Below, piece by piece: positions 25,419 to 34,751 of a DNA stretch of 38,502 bases (the stretch's first letter is position 1; the number at the start of each line of letters is the position of its first letter). The notes beneath the pieces were generated by a model. That model was not told the DNA's origin and searched no databases. It saw only the letters and a list, made by a program, of their open reading frames with translations. This stretch comes from Puniceicoccales bacterium. Its GTDB lineage: Bacteria > Verrucomicrobiota > Verrucomicrobiia > Opitutales > JAIRLM01. The DNA is taken from positions 1-38,502 of the forward strand of contig JAITFC010000101.1 of the NCBI GenBank assembly GCA_031281635.1, written 5' to 3'. Both the position numbers and the translations under genes were made by a program.

Positions 25419-25580
25419 TTAACGCGTTTTTGCCGCTGTGAAAGATCCGCCGCCCTCCCAGCCACTCGGCCGGGCCCATGGCAATTGGCTATCATCGGGA
25501 TTGCGCTCGCTGCAACCGCTCCCTAGGAACTGCGCCGCTCCAACGAGTAAATAGATTATGCAAACAATTCTTCGCCTCAT
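25419..25580 (-). CDS. Small putative lipoprotein (53 aa), not in the ORF track
   Basis: The hand translation of the reverse strand is MRRRIVCIIYLLVGAAQFLGSGCSERNPDDSQLPWARPSGWEGGGSFTAAKTR. It has a basic n-region, a hydrophobic core and a lipobox-like LGSGC. AGGAAG lies upstream. It sits between pgi and the helicase on the same strand. Confidence 0.4.
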   Translation of the reverse strand: MRRRIVCIIYLLVGAAQFLGSGCSERNPDDSQLPWARPSGWEGGGSFTAAKTR

Positions 25581-25592
25581 CTCTCACTCTTC

Positions 25593-27188
25593 CTAGGCAT
25601 TCATTCGTAAAAAATCAAGCCATTTGCGCACATTTTCTACGGCATTGTTTTGGCCAATTTCTTGAGCCACTGTCTCGGCATCAACTTCTGCCGCTTTTTT
25701 CCCTATCTTTTTCAAAAATTTTTCTACTTCGCGAAGCAATTGCAGAGCCCGATCCGCCGCTTTTTTCCCTGCCTCAACGCCCGGTTGATCGTAGGCATTC
25801 ACGCCGATAAATTCCGCATAGAGACCGACAGCCCGCTCATACAATGCCACAAGCATTCCCAGGGAAAATGCATCTACTTGACGCAGAGTGATTGTCAGCG
25901 ATTGCCGATTTTCCGCGGCCAGTGCTTCCCGCGTGCCCAGAAAAAATCCCTCCAGATATTCCGCCGCTGTCCGCAGACTCCCGTCTCGTTGAATATCTCC
26001 GTGGCGCAGCACTTCAATGAATGTGACAAAAAAATTACATAGACCGTCGCGCAACTGTTGAACGTAGGAATGCTGATCCGTCGAACCGCGATTGCCATAT
26101 ACGGTAAGTCCCTGACAAACAACGCGTCCCAGCCGATCATGGCGCTTCCCGAGAGATTCCATGACAAGTTGCTGCAGGTAGCGCGACAAATTCTGCAAAC
26201 GGTCCGCGTAGGGGAGAATGACCATGGCATGCGCACCAATTCCGTGCGTGGCAAAGTGCCAGGAAAGAGCGAGTTGTACGGCGGGATTGCGTGTTTTTGC
26301 CCGGGTCAAACGGTCCATCGTCGCTGCTCCGCCGAGAAACTGATCTATGTCAATGCCGCTCAACGCCGCTGGCAGCAAGCCAACTGCGGAGGTAACACTG
26401 GTCCGCCCACCAACCCAATCCCACATCGGAAACCGCTGCAACCAACTCTCGTCGCGGGCACGCTTGTCTAAAATACTTCCCGTGCAAGTGACGGCCACGG
26501 CCCGTTCCGCAAGTGCTAAATTTTTCGTACGCAACAACCATTCAACGGCCCGCAGTGCATTGTTTGGTTCTGGTGTGGAACCGGATTTCGACGTGACAAT
26601 AATTAATGTGCGTTCCCAGTGATTTTCCAGCGTAGCAAACTCTCGCAAAAAGCCTTCCGGATCCGTGTTGTCCAAAAAATGTGCACGCAGCGGTGCCGAC
26701 GCATCGGCCAGAGCACCGAGAAGCAGCTGCGTCCCCAAAGCCGAACCGCCAATGCCAACGCACAGCAAGTCCGTAAAGGGTCCCGAATCGGCAGCATATT
26801 TGCCATTAAGGACATCGGCAGCAAATATTTGCACATTTTTCTTCGTTTTTTCTATGTCCTTGCGCAACTCAACTGTTGGCGCCAGATGCGGCGCTCGCAG
26901 CCAATAGTGCCCCACCATGCGACGTTCAGAGTCATTGGCCATGGCTCCGCCCTCCAGTTGCTCCATCGCAGCCAATGCACCGTCTACTGCACCGCACATT
27001 TTCTCAACATACTCCTGCGCCATGAATATATTGCGCGTGTCAATGCCGAAACCAATGTCCTCGAACCAAATCTGCCGTTCGTTAAAAGTCACAGATGCCA
27101 CATAAACGTGAGCAAAATAACCGTCAATAATAATTTCAAACCAACCATAAAGCTTAACATCATTGTCACCTACCTTATATGGAGCCAT
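25593..27188 (-). CDS. pgi: Glucose-6-phosphate isomerase
   Basis: Motifs ERRMVGHYWLRAP, VGIGGSALG, VTSKSGSTPEP, GGRTSVTSAVGLLPAAL and DQHSYVQQLRDG are present. The protein is 531 aa. Confidence 0.9.
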   Translation of the reverse strand: MAPYKVGDNDVKLYGWFEIIIDGYFAHVYVASVTFNERQIWFEDIGFGIDTRNIFMAQEYVEKMCGAVDGALAAMEQLEGGAMANDSERRMVGHYWLRAPHLAPTVELRKDIEKTKKNVQIFAADVLNGKYAADSGPFTDLLCVGIGGSALGTQLLLGALADASAPLRAHFLDNTDPEGFLREFATLENHWERTLIIVTSKSGSTPEPNNALRAVEWLLRTKNLALAERAVAVTCTGSILDKRARDESWLQRFPMWDWVGGRTSVTSAVGLLPAALSGIDIDQFLGGAATMDRLTRAKTRNPAVQLALSWHFATHGIGAHAMVILPYADRLQNLSRYLQQLVMESLGKRHDRLGRVVCQGLTVYGNRGSTDQHSYVQQLRDGLCNFFVTFIEVLRHGDIQRDGSLRTAAEYLEGFFLGTREALAAENRQSLTITLRQVDAFSLGMLVALYERAVGLYAEFIGVNAYDQPGVEAGKKAADRALQLLREVEKFLKKIGKKAAEVDAETVAQEIGQNNAVENVRKWLDFLRMNA

Positions 27189-27407
27189 CCAGAGATGGCT
27201 GGTAACCTCATATTACTTCACTTCCAGAAGCCGGAAACTGCGCAAGGTTATGGTGCGGGAGCGGCTCGTCTAGTTTTAGGCAATGCACGTGTGGACAATC
27301 AGCATGTCTCCGCGGCGGACTTGCGCTTGAGATTCAACACAAAGCCGGATGAAAAGAAAAAAATACTTTGGGCCTTTTACGGGTTAAACAGATGGCCGTG
27401 TTTCTTC

Positions 27408-28769
27408 ATGAGAATTCTTAGTTGGTTTGGATGGAGAGTCGACGCGGTGCGGCGAGCCATCGAAAGGCTACAAGAACAACCACCAGTGGAAGGAGCACCA
27501 CCGGCAGTTGCAGTTGCACCACTACCGGCATCGTCCGCCAGGACCAGAAATTGGGGAATAGTTACCGCCCGCCCCGCGGCAGATGGGGGACTGCTGATTC
27601 AATGTGGGGGAGATTCCATCACATGCCGCGATTTAGCCTCTCTCGAAGTCATGGCAGGCGTTCGAGAACTTCGATGGGAAGGACGCGAGCAAGAATTTCC
27701 ACTAATATTGCTTGCAAAGTTTCCGAATCTTTTAAAACTTTATAACCCGCTGGTCCTCGGGGGACGTGGTGTTAGAAAAGTGTCTTTTGACGGCATTGCA
27801 GCTGCTTGCAAAAATCGAAGATTAAAGGTGATAATCGATCAAACTGGCAATTCGCTTAATCTTGGACCAATTAATTTGCGCAATCCGAATCTAAGCATTA
27901 AACTTATAGAGCAAACTGTTTGCGGATTCAAAATACCTGCTAGTAGTAATATGACATCTATAAAATTTTTCAGATGTCACTTACCACTCTTGTCGAAGGA
28001 AGATATTACCGCTACAGCGTATGAAGACATTTCCGGTTTAGTGATAAATGGTCATTTCCGATGTAAAGCAATGCCTTTATGCCAATTCTTCAATTGCCAT
28101 AACATGCATGATTGTCATATCTCTATCGACGCAAGACAGTATAAAGGAGAACATTACGATTGTGACAAACTGGAAATTGTACCGTCTTACGAATCCGTCT
28201 ATATTGCTGAAGGCATACCACTTTCAGACGGATCTAGTGATAGCGCTAGTGTAAAGGAAATACATTTACGTGGCAAAGTTCACTACGGCATTATTGTTAG
28301 TCACCCAACGCTCGAAAGTCTTATCTTAGATCATGCAATGGAATATCCCATAAACATAAAAAAATGTGCGAATGACATCACTGTAAGTGCTCAAGAACAA
28401 GGCGTTGCGCTTGTATTCCGTCAAAAATCTGGAATAAGAAAAGTAACAATAGGACGTGGTGTCTCGCGGTTATCCTTCATGTCTCCACTGGATGGTACGA
28501 CCATCGCAATTGACGAAGAATTGGGGAAATGCCCCTGTCGTGACAAGTTAAAGATTCGCATATGTAATAGTCCTATCAGGAAAAATTTTATTTTATCTAC
28601 TCCTGTTCCAATACAGTTATATATAAATGATCGTCTTATGCAATATGCGCAACATAAGCAGACCAAGGAATGGTGCACATTTCCCAGAGATGAAATGATC
28701 GCAGGAGATTATGAGCCTGGTCAATTGCCGCAAGATGACATACCCGTGCGCGTTTTCATCTCTCGATAG
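27408..28769 (+). CDS. Hypothetical Cys/His-rich ORFan protein (453 aa from the first post-pgi ATG judged plausible)
   Basis: Track ORF 26619..28769 is antisense to pgi up to 27188. ATG 27408 (MRILSWFGWRV...) is my preferred start and ATG 27195 is the alternative. No known motif was recognised. Base composition drops sharply after about 27750. Confidence 0.55.
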   Translation: MRILSWFGWRVDAVRRAIERLQEQPPVEGAPPAVAVAPLPASSARTRNWGIVTARPAADGGLLIQCGGDSITCRDLASLEVMAGVRELRWEGREQEFPLILLAKFPNLLKLYNPLVLGGRGVRKVSFDGIAAACKNRRLKVIIDQTGNSLNLGPINLRNPNLSIKLIEQTVCGFKIPASSNMTSIKFFRCHLPLLSKEDITATAYEDISGLVINGHFRCKAMPLCQFFNCHNMHDCHISIDARQYKGEHYDCDKLEIVPSYESVYIAEGIPLSDGSSDSASVKEIHLRGKVHYGIIVSHPTLESLILDHAMEYPINIKKCANDITVSAQEQGVALVFRQKSGIRKVTIGRGVSRLSFMSPLDGTTIAIDEELGKCPCRDKLKIRICNSPIRKNFILSTPVPIQLYINDRLMQYAQHKQTKEWCTFPRDEMIAGDYEPGQLPQDDIPVRVFISR

Positions 28770-28958
28770 GACTTTTCCAGATTTAGGCAGCGAGTTTATT
28801 GGCAAGAGAATTAGCGGAGGACGAGGCGGCAGCCGCCGTCTTACGGGATCCTGTACCTGCCCTCCTGATGACACGTATGCACGCGGACGAAACCGAGACA
28901 AGGGCGCGGAGCATTAGCGTGGCAATGGCCGTACTTTGGGCTGGAAATTTTTTCCGGG

Positions 28959-30242
28959 ATGCACTCGTCTTCCTTCATGGGGACGCGCATCGGAGTGGGG
29001 CTTGAGTTAGTTTCTGTCCAGGATTGCATTTTTCGTAAAAGCCTTGCAGTAACAAATTTACGCCGAGTACGTGCGCTGGCGAATATGGGTGGAGTGGCGC
29101 TGCGCAACCGATTCATTCACGTGGCCGGAACGAACGGAAAGGGTTCAACGTGCGCGTTCCTGGAGAGCGGATTGCGAGCGGCTGGCCTTAGGACTGGTCT
29201 CTACACTTCGCCACACCTCATTCGCTGGAATGAGCGCATTCGCATTTGCGGGAAATGCATTGGGGACGAAGACTTTGCCGAAATTCTCAATCGATGGGGC
29301 GCATGCGCATCCGCGGTTGCTGCGGCAGACGCGACACAGAAACCGAGTGGCTTTGAGGTGCTGACAGTCGCAGCCCTGGATTATTTTCATCGAACGGCAG
29401 TGGATGTGGCCATCATCGAGGCGGGCCTGGGCGGTCGATTAGATGCGACAAATATTATACAGCCAGATATTTGCGCCATTAGTACAATCGGAGAAGATCA
29501 CGCCGATGTCCTCGGCGATGGCGAAGAGCGCATTAGCTGGGAAAAAGCGGGCATTTTGAAGCGTGGAGTTGCCGCCGTCGTGGGGAATGTTTCGAGGGTC
29601 TCACTTACCACGGTGCAAAAAGTGGCAAACTCAGTGGGAGCAAAGATTTTACGTCCGGACCCAATTGCCATTCCTCCGCTACAATTTCTCCGTGGATCGG
29701 AACAGGTAGAAAATTTTCAGCTAGCGGCCACCATTGCCCGCCGGTGGCTGGAAGATCGTGCACTTTTCAGCAATGAAATTTGGGAGAAATTTCTCGAAGG
29801 AGCGGCGCGAGCGCAGTGGCCAGGTCGCTGGGATTTGCGGGAAATTGATGGCCGCACGTGGATCTTTGATGGCACGCATAATGGCCACGGATTGATGACA
29901 TTGCGAGAAAATTTGCGCCATTATTTCCCATCGCATTTCCCGCGGCTTTCCGTCGTCTGTGCCGCTCTCGGACAGCGGCGCGCTTCGGATATTTTACCGT
30001 TTTTGTCATCCGTTGCCTCCGAACTGTTTCTCGTTGAACTCAAAGAACCTCGCGCACTTTCCGGAGAAACATTGCGTAAATTCGTCCCCGCGCACTTTTT
30101 TCGGCCCGTCAACTTTCTTTCGGAAGGACAATTGGCCGAACTCCCCCATGTCGTTGACAGCGATTGCATTCTCGTATCTGGCTCCTTGCACCTGGTTGGG
30201 AAAACCATGGAATCTTTGAATGTGTGTCCGTTCTCGGAGTAA
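28959..30242 (+). CDS. folC: Bifunctional folylpolyglutamate synthase / dihydrofolate synthase
   Basis: It has the P-loop HVAGTNGKGST, TSPHL and EAGLGGRLDATN, with Mur-ligase-like architecture over 427 aa. Confidence 0.85.
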   Translation: MHSSSFMGTRIGVGLELVSVQDCIFRKSLAVTNLRRVRALANMGGVALRNRFIHVAGTNGKGSTCAFLESGLRAAGLRTGLYTSPHLIRWNERIRICGKCIGDEDFAEILNRWGACASAVAAADATQKPSGFEVLTVAALDYFHRTAVDVAIIEAGLGGRLDATNIIQPDICAISTIGEDHADVLGDGEERISWEKAGILKRGVAAVVGNVSRVSLTTVQKVANSVGAKILRPDPIAIPPLQFLRGSEQVENFQLAATIARRWLEDRALFSNEIWEKFLEGAARAQWPGRWDLREIDGRTWIFDGTHNGHGLMTLRENLRHYFPSHFPRLSVVCAALGQRRASDILPFLSSVASELFLVELKEPRALSGETLRKFVPAHFFRPVNFLSEGQLAELPHVVDSDCILVSGSLHLVGKTMESLNVCPFSE

Positions 30243-30294
30243 AATATAAAATTAAGTTCTTGAATTTTTCGGAGGGCATCGTTTCATCGGTCAC

Positions 30295-30735
30295 ATGGTA
30301 GGAATGCAAGTGATCGCAGACGCGGTGGCAGGGGGTGGAGGCGGCATGTCGCACCTGCTCATTTTTGGGCTTATTTTTTTGGGCATGTGGTTTCTCATGA
30401 TTGCTCCTGGCCGCAAACGGCAAAAGCAACATCAACAAATGCTTAGCCAATTGCGTAGCGGCAATCGCATCCTACTGCTATCGGGGATTATCGGAAAAGT
30501 TACGCAGGTTTCCGGGGGGCACCTCAAGGTTGAAATTGCCAAAGGAGTGCGCATCGACGTGTTGCGGAGCGCCGTACAGCAATTATTGGAGGCTGAGTCT
30601 GCGGACACGGATGGAAACGCTACCGAAGGGGAGAAAAACGCCGAAGAAACTGCGGAACAGCCGGCTGCAACAACTAATTCCGCCCCGCGGCGTGGACGTG
30701 CGCGGCGTGATACCTCCAAAAAATCCGGCCGATAG
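30295..30735 (+). CDS. yajC: Preprotein translocase subunit YajC with an extended acidic/Ala-rich C-terminal tail
   Basis: It has LLIFGLIFLGMWFLMIAPGRKRQKQHQQMLSQLRSGNRILLLSGIIGKV...VEIAKGVRI, and lies immediately upstream of secDF. Confidence 0.85.
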   Translation: MVGMQVIADAVAGGGGGMSHLLIFGLIFLGMWFLMIAPGRKRQKQHQQMLSQLRSGNRILLLSGIIGKVTQVSGGHLKVEIAKGVRIDVLRSAVQQLLEAESADTDGNATEGEKNAEETAEQPAATTNSAPRRGRARRDTSKKSGR

Positions 30736-30755
30736 CGTACGCGGAGTTCTCCCGA

Positions 30756-33023
30756 ATGGAAAAAAAATTGCGACGAGATACAACCTGGCGGCTCGTCTTG
30801 TCCGTCATATTTTTTGTGTGGGCACTAGTGGAGCTATTCCCATTCGATGGAAGCAGTTGCACTTTGCGGCGAGGGTTGGATCTGCGCGGTGGTATTTCCG
30901 TTACGCTGGCCATTGATGAACATGCTTCGGCAGAAAATACGGCAGCAAGGCGTTTGCAACTGGAACAGGTCCAAGAAGTTATGCGTCGGCGCGTGGATGG
31001 TCTGGGCATCGCCGAACCGCTCATCCGCAGTCGCGGAGATTCGCAGGTGGAAGTGCAGTTGGCCGGCGTGTTCCAGCGGGATAATCCCAACTTGCTCGAT
31101 TGCATCAAAAAACCGGCGAAGTTGGAGTTTCGCCTCATTCGACGGGAAGGGAATTCTACGCATCATGCTGCACCTCATGGTTATGAATGGATTTCACCCG
31201 CGGAAAAATTCAACGACTCCACCGACGGGCAGATTTTGGTAAAGCGCGTCCCCGAGCTGACGGGCAAAGATGTGAAGCGGGCCACGGCGGTTATGAATCA
31301 GTATGGCGGCTACGAAATTAGTTTGGAATTCGGCGATGAGGGGACAAGAAAATTTGCGCGTGTCACAGAAAATCATGTTGGAGAACCACTTGCCATTGTA
31401 TTGGACGGAAAGCTCTATTCGGCACCAGTCATCCGCTCAGCCATCCGCGACGGCCGTGCATCCATTTCCGGCCGGTTCACCCAGCGGGAGGCGATGGAAT
31501 TGGCCAATGTTCTGAACAATCCTTTGGAATTCGAATTGCATGTGGTGGAGGCACATGAGCTGGGTCCCACATTGGCAGAAGATGCCAGATCGGCTGCAAT
31601 TATGGCAAGTGCTTGCGGTGCATTGTTCGTCGTTCTATTCATGGTTGGTTACTACGCACTTTCCGGTGCCGTTGCTGTCCTTTCGCTCCTTTGCAACGTG
31701 GTGATAATTCTCGGATTTCTTGCCATGTGCAACGCAACGATAACTTTACCAGGCATTGCCGCCCTCGTTCTGACCATTGGCATGGCCGTGGATTCTAATA
31801 TTCTTATTTTTGCGCGCATTCGCGAAGAACTACGCATTGGAAAAACTTTACAACAAGCTCTCCCATGCGGATTTGCGAAAGCATTTTCCACAATATTGGA
31901 CGCTAATTTGACTACCTTGCTTACGGCGGTTATCCTCACCACCTATGGGACCGGAAGTATTCGCGGATTTGGCATCGTCCTCGCCGTCGGCGTCGGCGTT
32001 ACCCTCTTTTGCACGCTTATTTTCTGCCGCGGTCTCATGCAACTACTTGTGCACGGTTTTGGCGTGCATCACTTATTCCCCAACTATGCCCACGGTCGCC
32101 GTGTAACCCAGTACCCATTTTTGAGGCACGGGCGAAAATGCGCCGTTGCCGCCTTCGTTGTCGCAGTCATCGGAATCTTCGCCATTACCACGCGCGGCTC
32201 CTCGTTCTATGGCATTGACTTTACCGGTGGCGACGAGATGCTGCTGTCGTACGAGGGAAAGCCCCTATTGCGAGAACTTTACGCGTTGGGAAAAAGTGAA
32301 AAAATCGGCGACTTGCAGGCCTCATTCCAGCGTGCTTTCGGGAGCGATGCGGCGACATTGAAGGTGCAAGTTCCATCCGATCAAGGAGATAAATTTTTAC
32401 AGGCCGCTGCCAACGCCTGGCCTAACTCACACTTGCAAGTACTGCAGCGCACGACAATTGGCGGTTCCGTCGGGGCGACGATCCGCTGGAATGCACTCGT
32501 TTCGTTGCTGCTTTCTCTCCTGGGGATCGTAATTTACGTCGCATTTCGCTTTGAAACCGGGTTTGCCGTCGGTGCTATCATTTCCACAATTCATGACGTG
32601 GTAGTTTCCGTAGGTCTATATGCGCTTCTGGGGTATAAGTTTAGCTCGCCGATGCTGGCGGCCGTTCTCATGATCGTCGGCTACTCCATCAATGATACAA
32701 TCGTCATTTTCGACCGCATCCGCGAAGAGTTGCCCAAATGTCCACACCTTAATTTGGGACAAGTCATTGACCTGGCGATAAATCGCACGCTATCCCGCAC
32801 GCTGCTCACAAGCGCTACCACATTTCTGGCGGCTATGGCACTGCAAATCTTCGGAGCCGGGGCCATGATTGACATCGCGCGTATTTTCACCATTGGCATT
32901 GTCGCTGGGACGTTTTCTTCCATTTACATCGCCGCGCCCATTTTCCATCTCTGGCACCGCGGCAACCGAGAAAAATTGGACAAAATTTGGAGAATTTCCA
33001 CAGAAAACACTCGTTCGACCTAG
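30756..33023 (+). CDS. secDF: Fused protein-export membrane protein SecDF
   Basis: The SecD part has RGLDLRGGISVTL and GIAEPLIRSRGDSQVEVQLAGV. The SecF part has FYGIDFTGG. There are two RND-like 6-TM bundles in one 755-aa ORF. Confidence 0.9.
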   Translation: MEKKLRRDTTWRLVLSVIFFVWALVELFPFDGSSCTLRRGLDLRGGISVTLAIDEHASAENTAARRLQLEQVQEVMRRRVDGLGIAEPLIRSRGDSQVEVQLAGVFQRDNPNLLDCIKKPAKLEFRLIRREGNSTHHAAPHGYEWISPAEKFNDSTDGQILVKRVPELTGKDVKRATAVMNQYGGYEISLEFGDEGTRKFARVTENHVGEPLAIVLDGKLYSAPVIRSAIRDGRASISGRFTQREAMELANVLNNPLEFELHVVEAHELGPTLAEDARSAAIMASACGALFVVLFMVGYYALSGAVAVLSLLCNVVIILGFLAMCNATITLPGIAALVLTIGMAVDSNILIFARIREELRIGKTLQQALPCGFAKAFSTILDANLTTLLTAVILTTYGTGSIRGFGIVLAVGVGVTLFCTLIFCRGLMQLLVHGFGVHHLFPNYAHGRRVTQYPFLRHGRKCAVAAFVVAVIGIFAITTRGSSFYGIDFTGGDEMLLSYEGKPLLRELYALGKSEKIGDLQASFQRAFGSDAATLKVQVPSDQGDKFLQAAANAWPNSHLQVLQRTTIGGSVGATIRWNALVSLLLSLLGIVIYVAFRFETGFAVGAIISTIHDVVVSVGLYALLGYKFSSPMLAAVLMIVGYSINDTIVIFDRIREELPKCPHLNLGQVIDLAINRTLSRTLLTSATTFLAAMALQIFGAGAMIDIARIFTIGIVAGTFSSIYIAAPIFHLWHRGNREKLDKIWRISTENTRST

Positions 33024-33165
33024 TATCGATGCGAGGATTCAGTGCATCTCCTTGCAAAGCTCTGCCGACCTTCGGATGGCAATTTCGCAAAAAAAACGTT
33101 AAACGGGGAAAAAGTTTTGCGAATTTTTCCGGAAAAAAGATTCGCAGTGCAAGGGGATTGGTGTC

Positions 33166-33945
33166 ATGTTAGAGCAGATGGCTTCTGGGAATTTGGGAGA
33201 GCAGCTTCAGGCGGCACGAAAGGCGAAGGATTTGACGTTGAAGCAGGTAGAGGAGGAGACAAAAATTCGCGTTGATTTTTTGGAAGCCTTCGAGCGCAAC
33301 GAGTTCGACTTTGATTTGCCGGATATTTACCGTCGCGGTTTTTTGCGCACCTACGCGCAATTTCTCGGATTGGATGCGGGAAAGTTCATCAATAGAATTC
33401 CGGTTAGCAGGGAAAAGCATGCGGCGGAGACGAGCGGCCGTGAAAAGGGAGGAGAATCTGCAGAAGGTGATGGTGGAGAACAAGATCCGCTGCAAAGTTC
33501 CATCTTTGGACGCATGCGGGAGTGCCTGTCGCGGCTATGGAAGTTTTCTGCGGCAAAGGCGAAGGAGCGAAAATGGCAAGTGGGCGCTGTCGTCGTTGTC
33601 GTGTGCGTCCTTGCCTTTTTTCTGTGGCCGTCTTCCAAGAGCGATTTGGAGTGGGATGAATTGCTGAGCGGTGTGCCGACGGAGGTGCTATCCGTTGGAG
33701 AAAATCAGCCGAAAAAAATGACAATTCTTGCGACAAATTCTGTGAAGATTCTCGTGCGATCGAAGGGATCGCGGGCAAAAATTTTTTCCGGGACGGTCAA
33801 TGCGGGTGAGAGCGAGGAATTTGAGTACAGCGGCGATGTGCAAATTTCCTTTTCCGATGGGAATGCGCTCAGCATCAAACGCGGCGATGGCAGTGTGTTG
33901 CGACCGAAAAAGCAGGGAGCCGGGTGGATGGAGATTGCCTATTGA
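33166..33945 (+). CDS. rodZ: RodZ-like cytoskeleton-associated protein (XRE HTH, TM segment and C-terminal DUF4115-like domain)
   Basis: It has the N-terminal HTH LGEQLQAARKAKDLTLKQVEEETKIRVDFLEAFERNEFD, a central TM segment VGAVVVVVCVLAFFLW, and a C-terminal beta-rich domain. Confidence 0.75.
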   Translation: MLEQMASGNLGEQLQAARKAKDLTLKQVEEETKIRVDFLEAFERNEFDFDLPDIYRRGFLRTYAQFLGLDAGKFINRIPVSREKHAAETSGREKGGESAEGDGGEQDPLQSSIFGRMRECLSRLWKFSAAKAKERKWQVGAVVVVVCVLAFFLWPSSKSDLEWDELLSGVPTEVLSVGENQPKKMTILATNSVKILVRSKGSRAKIFSGTVNAGESEEFEYSGDVQISFSDGNALSIKRGDGSVLRPKKQGAGWMEIAY

Positions 33946-33972
33946 ACGGGCGCGGATCGGCAGGGTAGGCAC

Positions 33973-34611
33973 GTGCGTCCGTCAGAGTTATTTGCGTCGC
34001 TGGGAAGTTTGGCTGCACTGGGCGAATTTTTTCGCGGCGATGTGGCACCCTGGCAGTGGGTTGCGGCCTTGGATGATATTTTTGTCCGAGGTGGGCCGCT
34101 TCTTGGTGCGGGATTTTCATGCATTGGCGATGGCATTTGGGTCCACGAAAGCGTGTCCATTGCGCAGACGGCTTCCATCATTGGGCCAGCGATCATCGGT
34201 GAAAATTGTCACATACGACACGGAGCGTACATTCGCGGACACGTCGTCCTAGGCAGTGGCTGTGTCGTTGGCAATTCCTGTGAAATCAAACATTCTCTGC
34301 TGCTTGATGGGGCGCAAGTTCCACATTTAAATTACGTTGGCGACTCCGTTCTCGGCAGAGGCAGTCATTTGGGTGCCGGCGCCGTGCTGTCCAATTTGCG
34401 GCTAGATGGAAGGCCGATCAAAATTCATTTGCCGACGGAGACGATTCAAACTGGGTGGCGAAAATTGGGTGCGATCCTGGGAGATGGAGCACAGGTAGGA
34501 TGCAATGCGGTATTGCAGCCGGGGACAATCGTGGAACGCAACGCGGTAGTTTATCCCTGCGTTGCCCGAGGCGGATATATTGCGGCAAATGGCTGCTTGG
34601 GAAAAAGTTGA
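33973..34611 (+). CDS. Left-handed beta-helix (hexapeptide-repeat) transferase-family protein
   Basis: It has repeated [LIV]-G-x-x-x-x hexapeptides: IIGENCHIRHGAYIRGHVVLGSGCVVGNSCEIKHSLLLDGAQV...VGDSVLGRGSHLGAGAVL. The start is GTG and the substrate is unknown. Confidence 0.65.
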   Translation: MRPSELFASLGSLAALGEFFRGDVAPWQWVAALDDIFVRGGPLLGAGFSCIGDGIWVHESVSIAQTASIIGPAIIGENCHIRHGAYIRGHVVLGSGCVVGNSCEIKHSLLLDGAQVPHLNYVGDSVLGRGSHLGAGAVLSNLRLDGRPIKIHLPTETIQTGWRKLGAILGDGAQVGCNAVLQPGTIVERNAVVYPCVARGGYIAANGCLGKS

Positions 34612-34682
34612 GTTATTGATGGACGCTTTCAAAAAAATCTTTACTTTTCTGAAAATTTTGCACAATTTTTTCAAGAAACCTC

Positions 34683-34711
34683 TTGCGCGATTCATTTTCA
34701 GGACTTTAAAT
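34683..34711 (+). promoter_or_regulatory. Putative promoter of the OMP gene (TTGCGC-17 nt-TTAAAT)
   Basis: Hexamers and spacing read by eye in an AT-rich intergenic region. Confidence 0.3.
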
Positions 34712-34751
34712 ATCACGGGTTCCTCGTGGAATCTGGGAAACTGAAAAAAAG

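Noticed and set aside
26619-27407. The 5' two-fifths of the 716-aa track ORF 26619..28769
   Set aside because: It lies entirely antisense to the well-supported pgi gene (25593..27188) and translates to low-complexity Arg/Ser/Ala-rich sequence. This is a typical shadow ORF in GC-rich coding DNA. Only the part downstream of pgi is treated as a gene.
28836-28848. The GC hairpin GGCGG-CAG-CCGCC downstream of the 27408 ORF, considered as a terminator
   Set aside because: It has only a 5-bp stem and a 3-nt loop, with no following T-tract.
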